From: an uncultured Pseudomonadota bacterium
GTDB taxonomy: Bacteria > Pseudomonadota > Alphaproteobacteria > Rs-D84
NCBI GenBank assembly: GCA_902771695.1
Contig: CACXXP010000008.1
Coordinates: 1,886-65,885, forward strand
Length of the DNA stretch: 64,000 nucleotides
Direction: 5' to 3'
Of this stretch, positions 57,025-64,000 are shown piece by piece. Under the pieces are notes generated by a model that worked only from the letters and a program-made list of their open reading frames with translations, did no database searches and had not been told where the DNA came from. Each line of letters begins with the position of its first letter. The first letter of the stretch is position 1. The position numbers were made by a program, and so were the translations under genes.

Positions 57025-58230
57025 ATGAGAGAGGATAAAATCCAACATAGATTAAACAGAACAGAACGAATACTGGTATATTTTTCGGTATTTCATGGCA
57101 TTGCACAGTTATTTTTAGGAACATTTGTTGTATCGTTTCTGATACGCAATTCAATCAATGAAATCGTATCTGTATCACTGTATGATTTATTTTTTTATTT
57201 GGCGATTATGCTGTCGTTCATATTAATGATAAATCGGTGCAAGCATGGCAATATCAAGGTTATTTTTGGTTCACATATCATCGTTCAAATGGCGTTAATA
57301 ACTTTGATTGCGTTGCTTGGCACACATGCGGCAAATTGGGTAATGATTCTGGGGATACTGCATGGTGTGCAACACGCGCTGTATAGTATGGCCCAACAAC
57401 AAATGATTATTGATAAGGTTCCCGCCAAACGCATGATGTTTTTTTATGGTACCGATACCGCCGTTACAAATATCGTAAAAATACTTATTCCAATTACGTT
57501 GGGGGCATTGATAACCATTGGTTCGTTGCAAAATATGGCATGGGTGTTGGTAATTATGGGTGCAATTGAATTGGGGTTGCTGTATATGATGCCACCAATA
57601 CAAAACCACGACGCCAATCATGCAAATTTGTCCGGTTTTGTCAAAAAATCATTAAAATTACCCTGCATCCGCAAATTGTTTCAGGCCGAATTTCTGCGGG
57701 GTTTGGCATATGAACTGGAAACAGTGGGCATATTATACATCGTCTATGTTTTCCATACCGATATGAATCTGGGGGCATGGACAACGGTTTTTGCATTGGT
57801 TACGGCGGGCGCAACATGGGCATTTGGACGTTTTTGTTCTAAACGTGACTTTACGTGGGTTATTGGGGTTTGTTCCGCATTGTTGACCGGTGCAATAATT
57901 TGCCTGATGTTTGATGTTAATCGTTTCACGACATTGGCATATTCTGGGACGTTGACATTGGGAATTGCGATGATGGATCAAGTTTTATCTGTCAATGTAT
58001 TAAACCTGGCCAAGACAAAATTTGTAACGCAAACGTATCGTGCAGAATACCTGGCCGCGCGTCAGGTTATATCCTTTGTCGGACGTTGGGGTGGAATTAT
58101 TGCATTGTTATACGTTGGTGTATTTGGTGGATACGATATATTACCATATTTGATTATTCTGCTGGTGGCGGCACGTGTATCAGCGGCATTTATATACGCC
58201 CAAATTGGAAATTATACAAACACTGATTAA
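57025..58230 (+). CDS. Polytopic inner-membrane transporter (MFS-like, 401 aa)
   Basis: About 10-12 hydrophobic segments along the whole ORF; no diagnostic motif recognised. Confidence 0.6.
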   Translation: MREDKIQHRLNRTERILVYFSVFHGIAQLFLGTFVVSFLIRNSINEIVSVSLYDLFFYLAIMLSFILMINRCKHGNIKVIFGSHIIVQMALITLIALLGTHAANWVMILGILHGVQHALYSMAQQQMIIDKVPAKRMMFFYGTDTAVTNIVKILIPITLGALITIGSLQNMAWVLVIMGAIELGLLYMMPPIQNHDANHANLSGFVKKSLKLPCIRKLFQAEFLRGLAYELETVGILYIVYVFHTDMNLGAWTTVFALVTAGATWAFGRFCSKRDFTWVIGVCSALLTGAIICLMFDVNRFTTLAYSGTLTLGIAMMDQVLSVNVLNLAKTKFVTQTYRAEYLAARQVISFVGRWGGIIALLYVGVFGGYDILPYLIILLVAARVSAAFIYAQIGNYTNTD

Positions 58231-58258
58231 ACCTATGACAAAACGACATAGGCCCCTG

Positions 58259-58696
58259 TCAAAATTCGCAGACCATCAAATTATCGCCATTTGCAAAGGT
58301 ACAAACAACACGAAATCCATTTCTTACAAGGTGCCATGCCTTTTGCGTGACACACAAAATTTTCTTGCCTTGATGTTGTTTAACTATTTTTATTCTTTCA
58401 TCGTTCAATAATTTGCCAACACCGATGCCACGGTAATTTACACAAACCATTGCCCACGCAAATTCCCATATATCAAAATCCAGTCCGGAATTCATTAAAC
58501 ACGCCAAACCAATTATATTCGTGTCCGTCTCATCCAAAACCACGACATATTCATATGGAATATTCTTGTCAAATTCATTACGAAACTCTTGCGCGGTATC
58601 ATCGTCATAAACGTCACGCACCAAATGAACCATTTTTGTTTTGATATCTTGTGGCATATCGCCCGAATTCTTAAAGTGCAGAACTTTATAATGCAT
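58259..58696 (-). CDS. GNAT-family N-acetyltransferase (145 aa from MHYKV)
   Basis: VCVNYRGIGVGKLL motif A. The ORF-track N-terminus runs into tRNA-Ser, so the start is moved to 58696. Confidence 0.7.
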   Translation of the reverse strand: MHYKVLHFKNSGDMPQDIKTKMVHLVRDVYDDDTAQEFRNEFDKNIPYEYVVVLDETDTNIIGLACLMNSGLDFDIWEFAWAMVCVNYRGIGVGKLLNDERIKIVKQHQGKKILCVTQKAWHLVRNGFRVVCTFANGDNLMVCEF

Positions 58697-58724
58697 ATTT
58701 AACTTGAATCTAATAAATTTAATC

Positions 58725-58815
58725 TGGCGGAGATAGGGGGATTCGAACCCTCGATACAGTTTCCTGTATACACGATTTCGAGTCGTGCGCATTCAACCAG
58801 CTCTGCCATATCTCC
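58725..58815 (-). tRNA. tRNA-Ser (anticodon CGA)
   Basis: GGAGATA/TATCTCC acceptor stem, anticodon loop CTCGAAA, long variable arm (ATACAGGAAACTGTATC), GGTTCGAATCC T-arm, encoded CCA. Confidence 0.9.
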
Positions 58816-58858
58816 GGTGCGAGCATTATAACCAGACCCAATTTAATTTGCAAGGCAT

Positions 58859-60013
58859 TTATACTTCAAAATCGTAATTTTTTATGGACTTTACAATTGC
58901 CGCGACCAATTTATCTTGGTGTGACGATGTTTTTAATAATTTTTCTTCGGCCGCATTGGACAAATGGCCACATTCAATCAATGCACCCGGCACAGTTGAA
59001 CGCAATACCGCCAACGGTGCATGACGAACCGCCGGTCCGGCCTGTTGCTCAATACCCGCACGATTAAACGCACGTGCGCACCCATTTGCGTATTCTTCAG
59101 ACATTTCCGCCACCGCATGTTGTTGCAATGCAGAAAGCGCAACACGAATATCTTTGGAAAAACTTTCAAAACCACTGACATCTATTTTATCAGCAGCATT
59201 TTCGGCATCCGCCAATTTTTGCGCTTCTTCGTCAGATGCCTTTTCAGACAATGTGTAAATTGAAAAACCCTTGACCGAACGGCTTGGGTTTGCGTTGGCA
59301 TGAATAGACAGGAATAAATCTGCCTTTTTCTTTTCGGCAATTGCCGCGCGATCAGCAAGTTTCAGATATGTGTCATCACTACGCGTCATATATACCGTAA
59401 ATCCCGCATCACGCAACGCCGAACGCAATTTGTGCGCAACCGACAAAACAACCGTTTTTTCTTTGGTTCCGCCCTTGCCTATGCAACCCGGATCTTTACC
59501 ACCATGCCCGGCATCCAACACGACTATATGTTTTTTGGTCGCCGGCGCAGATGAATCATTTGCCGCCGCAGTGCTTGATTTTACCGCATTACTGCCCGCG
59601 ACAAAATCAATTACCAAACGATAATCGTTATCGCCATTTGGTTCCAATATCATTATCTGATTCTTGGGAATTTCATTAATTGGTTTACGTAATTCCGCAA
59701 TAATATTTAATGCATCGCCAACCTGGGCCTGGGTCACAGATTTTACCAATGTTCCCGATGCCCATTTCGTTTCCGCAGAATCGTTTTTCGTGGTATTAGA
59801 TATCTTGATTGTCAGTGTATTTTCACCATAAACCAATGTATATGACGGGCGCCCAGATGTTTCAACAACTATACGTGTTTTGCCACCCGGTTGCACACCG
59901 GTCCGCATAGAACGCAATGCATTACGCGCCGCAAATGCCATGCGTGGCAATAACCCGGCAATAACCACACTAACACCGGTAATTTGTAAAAGATTCCTGC
60001 GCGATACCTTCAT
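58859..60013 (-). CDS. amiC: N-acetylmuramoyl-L-alanine amidase (AmiC-type with AMIN domain, Tat signal)
   Basis: MKVSRRNLLQITGVSVVIAGLLPRMAFA twin-Arg signal; VVLDAGHGGKDPG, SIHANA and amidase_3 C-terminal motifs. Confidence 0.88.
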   Translation of the reverse strand: MKVSRRNLLQITGVSVVIAGLLPRMAFAARNALRSMRTGVQPGGKTRIVVETSGRPSYTLVYGENTLTIKISNTTKNDSAETKWASGTLVKSVTQAQVGDALNIIAELRKPINEIPKNQIMILEPNGDNDYRLVIDFVAGSNAVKSSTAAANDSSAPATKKHIVVLDAGHGGKDPGCIGKGGTKEKTVVLSVAHKLRSALRDAGFTVYMTRSDDTYLKLADRAAIAEKKKADLFLSIHANANPSRSVKGFSIYTLSEKASDEEAQKLADAENAADKIDVSGFESFSKDIRVALSALQQHAVAEMSEEYANGCARAFNRAGIEQQAGPAVRHAPLAVLRSTVPGALIECGHLSNAAEEKLLKTSSHQDKLVAAIVKSIKNYDFEV

Positions 60014-60114
60014 GTCAGGGAATATTATATCAGAAAAAAGTGCTTTTTCCAAAAATAAAATGAAAAAATCCCGATTAATAACCGAGATAATTTTTTTCTA
60101 CGATTCAATTTGCA

Positions 60115-61356
60115 TTATTTATAGATACATGTCGCAAATTGCTGGGCAACGATACTCTGTTCCCCAGATGTCATCTCGGCAACTGGGACCATATAGCAAC
60201 GTGTTGAATCACGCAAAACAAACAACTTTGTACCTTTTTTGTACGCCTTTTGCATGTCATCCATTTGTGCGGATGTAAAGAACGCATTTTGCGTCAACAC
60301 AGAATTGGTCAGCCCCGCCTGAACCACTTGGTTTGCGGTTGCATAGTCATATATTTCTGTCCGCGATCTGATTTCTTTATACAGCTCTACTGCTGGGGCA
60401 TCAGTTTTTTTTTGTGCGTCTGGGAATGCAACCGTTGCCGCAACAACCGCCGCCGCTTGTAAATTAGTCAAACCATTTGATGTTTCACGTTGTGGCAAAT
60501 TTAATTGCATATCTTCACCGCACGCCAAATTCATACGGTTCGTATATGATGCCAAAACCGCATCAACCGCCGTTTCCCAATCACTGCCCTTTTTATTCAA
60601 ATCCAAACTGACAATCTTTTCGGCCCATCCCCATATATTTGCACCGACATTTCCCGCATTTGCAAATCGTGACACCATTTCTGCAGATCCACCCGGAACA
60701 CCGGCACCGCAGAAATCGGTCAACTGCGACATTAACATACTGGATGTTTCATTGCCATATGCCAATGCGACCGAATGACATGTCATTGCGGCCTCTAATT
60801 CCTGGCGACGTTCCAAACATTGCGGTGAATGTGCCTTGGTTAATTCGGTTGCCATATTTGACATAGACAACCACGCCATAATTTCTTGTTGAACATACGA
60901 TGGGCAAAGGTGCGCCGCCGTATTCAACCCACCAACACCCATTTTCGTGTTTGCAGCAAAATTGGGCAACAACACATCACGGTCATTACGCAGACACAAC
61001 AATGCATAATTGTATAATTCACTTTCTGTTACATACGCACAGCGACCGTTAACCTGGCCCGGGACAACAGTAATGTCACCACAATAATCAGACAAACATT
61101 TGTCTATCTTGGTGCGACATGCCGTATCAACATCCGGAACATTTACCATGTAATATGTATTTCTTTGATTGGTTTTATATGCATTTGCAAGCCCCTGATT
61201 GCCACGCAAATTATTTGATGTATTCGTTGTATTGGTTATCATTCCACGCGCCGTACCCGACGTATTTGCCGTGACAGAACCCGCAGAAACCCCATACGCG
61301 TGCGTTCCCATAACACACATACAAATCGCACCAACAGCAGTATATAAATGTTTCAT
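60115..61356 (-). CDS. Secreted hypothetical protein (413 aa from MKHLYT)
   Basis: AGAGAGG SD; signal peptide MKHLYTAVGAICMCVMGTHAYG. The longer ORF-track N-terminus would overlap prfB. Confidence 0.6.
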   Translation of the reverse strand: MKHLYTAVGAICMCVMGTHAYGVSAGSVTANTSGTARGMITNTTNTSNNLRGNQGLANAYKTNQRNTYYMVNVPDVDTACRTKIDKCLSDYCGDITVVPGQVNGRCAYVTESELYNYALLCLRNDRDVLLPNFAANTKMGVGGLNTAAHLCPSYVQQEIMAWLSMSNMATELTKAHSPQCLERRQELEAAMTCHSVALAYGNETSSMLMSQLTDFCGAGVPGGSAEMVSRFANAGNVGANIWGWAEKIVSLDLNKKGSDWETAVDAVLASYTNRMNLACGEDMQLNLPQRETSNGLTNLQAAAVVAATVAFPDAQKKTDAPAVELYKEIRSRTEIYDYATANQVVQAGLTNSVLTQNAFFTSAQMDDMQKAYKKGTKLFVLRDSTRCYMVPVAEMTSGEQSIVAQQFATCIYK

Positions 61357-61455
61357 TGAAACCTCTCTCTTGTGGAACATTTTATCACATATGAATCCAA
61401 AAGGCAACAGTTCATTTATGGTTGATTTCAGAAAAATTGCTGGTAAAATAGAACC

Positions 61456-62527
61456 ATGATTTTGATGAATGACACCTTGAACGAAATCTGCGAAAACCTG
61501 AATTCTATTCGGGGGTTTCTTTGACCCCGATAATTTACAGAAACAAATTGCCGTATTAACAGAACAATCTTTGTCACCGGATTTATGGAACGACCCGGAT
61601 GCCGCGCGTGCATTATTGCAAAAAAAATCATCCAAAGAACGCGAGTTGAATGACTTTCTTGCCATGGAACAAGAATATGAAAACTTGAAAGAATTGTATG
61701 CAATGGCGCCCGAAGATAATGATGTCATAAATGCGATTCAGAAATTGTCGGATGCCGCCCAACACGCGAAATATATAACCTTGTTTAACGACCCGGCCGA
61801 TGGCAACAATGCATTTTTATTTATCCAGGCGGGTGCCGGTGGAACCGAAGCACAAGATTGGGCACAAATGATTGCCCGCATGTATATGCGTTGGGCCGAA
61901 CGCCACGGTTTTGGCGTAGAAATTGTGGAAGAACACATTGGCGATACCGCCGGCATAAAAAGCATGACAATGCGAATTGTTGGTGAACGTGCGTATGGGT
62001 GGTTGCGTAATGAAATTGGTGTTCACAGATTAGTACGCATTTCGCCATTTAATGCGAATGGCAAACGTCAAACCAGTTTTGCATCCGTAAATGTGTGGCC
62101 AGATGTTGATGATTCCATACAAATAGATATCAACGAAAAAGACCTGCGGATTGATACATATCGTTCATCGGGTGCCGGGGGACAACATGTTAATAAAACT
62201 GACAGTGCGGTTCGTATTACCCATATTCCAACGGGCATTGTCGTCACATGTCAAAATGAACGCAGTCAATTCCAAAACAAAGATATGGCAATGAAAATCT
62301 TGCGGTCCCGTCTGTACGAGCTAGAAATGGAAAAACGTGCCGCCGAAGAAGATGCCGCCAAGGCCGCCCAAAAGAAAATTGAATGGGGCAGTCAAATTAG
62401 AAACTATGTTCTGTACCCATATCAATTGGTCAAAGACGTTCGCACCGGCGTTGAAAACACTGATTCAACCGCAGTTTTGGACGGTGATTTGGATGCATTT
62501 ATGTTAAGTTTATTGCAACGCGGTTAA
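61456..62527 (+). CDS. prfB: Peptide chain release factor 2 (requires a +1 programmed frameshift at 61519-61525)
   Basis: Frame 0 reads MILMNDTLNEICENLNSIRGFL then TGA. The +1 frame continues DPDNLQKQIAVLTEQSLSPDLWNDP... with SPF and GGQ motifs. Confidence 0.92.
61511..61525 (+). promoter_or_regulatory. prfB autoregulatory +1 frameshift site
   Basis: GGGGG TTT CTT TGA C: an internal SD-like element, 3 nt, then the slippery CTT and an in-frame TGA followed by C. Confidence 0.88.
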
Positions 62528-63204
62528 TATTGTCTCTTTTCTATTTTTATATTCAAAATATCTTGGATATCGTATAAATCACAAATCTTTTCACCAAAGT
62601 TATATGTATTCATACCACCAACAGATTCACATTTCGAATCAAGGGTTCTAACGCAACTGCCCGAAAGACCATAAGTAAGGCTTTTAGTATCAGGGTGCAG
62701 TAATTCATTACTTGGGGTTCCACCAATTATCTTGCAAACCTCTATTAATGTATTATTCAATTCTTTTTTTATATTTTTTTCGTTAAATGCTGTTATTTGT
62801 ATTATTGGTTTATTTTCTTTCTGGGCGTTTCCATCATTTTTTTCGGCATCTGGTTCTTTTTCTTGGATATCCTTATCTGAAATAAACACAACATAATGAC
62901 CCTCAGATGCGCACGCAAAATGAATATCACTAATTTTTTCAAATTTACAATCAGAAACCCCATATTTTACTTTGGCATAAAGTTTCAACAGTGCAGTATA
63001 AAGCTTAGAATCTGAAACGGTTTTGGGTTGATAGAAACTGCAATATCTGTTATTTTCTGCTTCACAGGCATTCTTTGGTACGCATTCATCATTTGCGGCA
63101 ACCCACACCATATTTTCATCGGCGGCACATTTATCTTTCGCGTTTAGTGCACAAAATGCCGACAAGGATAAAAACATACAAAATAATGTGAAAATGTATC
63201 GCAT
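62524..63204 (-). CDS. Secreted Cys-containing hypothetical protein (226 aa)
   Basis: Signal peptide [22 protein letters not shown]; multiple spaced Cys; central Lys/Glu-rich linker. Confidence 0.55.
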   Translation of the reverse strand: MRYIFTLFCMFLSLSAFCALNAKDKCAADENMVWVAANDECVPKNACEAENNRYCSFYQPKTVSDSKLYTALLKLYAKVKYGVSDCKFEKISDIHFACASEGHYVVFISDKDIQEKEPDAEKNDGNAQKENKPIIQITAFNEKNIKKELNNTLIEVCKIIGGTPSNELLHPDTKSLTYGLSGSCVRTLDSKCESVGGMNTYNFGEKICDLYDIQDILNIKIEKRQY

Positions 63205-63232
63205 CTAAAATCCCCCCGTCTTATAATATATC

Positions 63233-63309
63233 TGGCGCACCCAGCGGGATTCGAACCCACAATCTCTGCCTTCGGAGGGCAGCGCATTATCCAGTTGTGC
63301 TATGGGTGC
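63233..63309 (-). tRNA. tRNA-Arg (anticodon CCG)
   Basis: GCACCCA/TGGGTGC acceptor stem, anticodon stem-loop CTGCC-CTCCGAA-GGCAG, GGTTCGAATCC T-arm, encoded CCA. Confidence 0.9.
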
Positions 63310-63411
63310 AACGATGAATATTATATATTAATGTGATGAAAAATCAACATTTTTCAAGTTGATTTCCACTGAATTATCATATATTCTGCGGGTATATAGG
63401 GTTAAATTTAT

Positions 63412-63870
63412 ATGAAGTCATTGCTGATTTTTAGTTGTTTATTTCTTGGCGCGTGTAATAGCGTGTATCTGAAACCTGGCACAATGGAACCAGGCACCAA
63501 GGTTTATGCATCCCGTGGTGGATATTCCATGTCTCGCAGTATAAAAGAAAAATTAGAAGAACACGGTTTCACCGTCACCGTTGGAAAATTGCAAAATGAA
63601 TATTCGGTTGATGTAGATAAATTTGAAATGCCCAAAGACACCAGTTATATTGTCCGCGTAAACGAACACGAAGAATCTTTCTTGCCATGGTGGTGCATGT
63701 TTAACGGATTTTGGTGGTGGAAGTTTAATGTTTCCATCGCAAATCAAAAAACAGGCGAAGAAATACTTTCTTGGCGGGGACGCGGTTGCCAAAACAGTTC
63801 TTTGCGTAAATTGAACAGATTTCTGGACGAATTAGAAATAAAAAACAACAAGGATGGAAAGCATGAATAA
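63412..63870 (+). CDS. Lipoprotein (152 aa)
   Basis: Lipobox LFLGAC at the end of the signal peptide MKSLLIFSCLFLGAC. Confidence 0.6.
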   Translation: MKSLLIFSCLFLGACNSVYLKPGTMEPGTKVYASRGGYSMSRSIKEKLEEHGFTVTVGKLQNEYSVDVDKFEMPKDTSYIVRVNEHEESFLPWWCMFNGFWWWKFNVSIANQKTGEEILSWRGRGCQNSSLRKLNRFLDELEIKNNKDGKHE

Positions 63871-64000
63871 AACAGAAAAGGTTGCACACGAAAATCTTAG
63901 AGCAGAAAAAATGCAACAGAAACGTCATAAGCAAGAGGAAAAACGTAAAAATTCCCTGCCCCCATTTTTAATGGTGCGTTCAGGTCTGGCAACCAGTTGG
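63863..64000 (+). CDS. Start of an ORF running off the window (MNKTEKVAHENLRAEKMQQKRHKQEEKRKNS...)
   Basis: GGATGGAAAG purine-rich stretch upstream; the ATG overlaps the previous stop; open to the window end. Confidence 0.3.
   Translation, partial: MNKTEKVAHENLRAEKMQQKRHKQEEKRKNSLPPFLMVRSGLATSW

Noticed and set aside
58697-58792. N-terminal extension of the GNAT ORF
   Set aside because: It runs through tRNA-Ser(CGA), so the start was moved to 58696.
60115-61728. Full 537-aa version of the minus-strand ORF
   Set aside because: The N-terminal 124 codons would overlap the prfB start and its frameshift site. An internal ATG at 61356 has an SD and yields a textbook signal peptide.

Overview
This is an AT-rich bacterial chromosome segment. 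Its housekeeping genes look alphaproteobacterial (inference from gene content: DUF1013/TrcR-like, DUF2155-like, S16 with an Ala/Glu/Pro tail, AddA-type helicase-nuclease). Recognisable genes are gpmI, tadA, rsmD, rplY, dnaK, a Glu dehydrogenase, pfkA, rpsP-rimM-trmD-rplS, tsaD, xseA, recN, rpoD, cysS, a XerC/D recombinase, rpsD, tsaC, rpoZ, mtaB, a PBP5-type carboxypeptidase, holB, tatD, smpB, a 1-Cys peroxiredoxin, an ATL protein, amiC and prfB with its +1 frameshift site. There are four tRNAs (Gly-CCC, Ser-GGA, Ser-CGA, Arg-CCG). I saw no rRNA, CRISPR array, transposase or phage-type integrase. Blocks of genes I cannot assign to any family sit between the core genes. The most unusual is a 3.4 kb same-strand array of nine small (58-164 aa) ORFs with no signal peptide, wedged between rimM and trmD inside the conserved ribosomal operon. 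These ORFs share a split Cys pattern: an upstream C, often C-P, and a distal CxxC followed by a basic tail. A diverged 60-nt duplicate of the rimM 3' end follows the first ORF of the array. Other notable points: the tRNA-Gly 3' end is duplicated 160 bp downstream across a GC-richer insert, next to an HNH-containing accessory operon. addA appears decayed (Walker A lost, nuclease domain split off, no addB). There is a four-gene island of unknown function with an HNH-motif protein and a GNAT. tRNA-Ser(GGA) has odd flanking duplications. Two secreted proteins, one a 1018-aa modular surface protein, share a C-terminal tail. All family assignments come from motif recognition by eye; no database search was possible.
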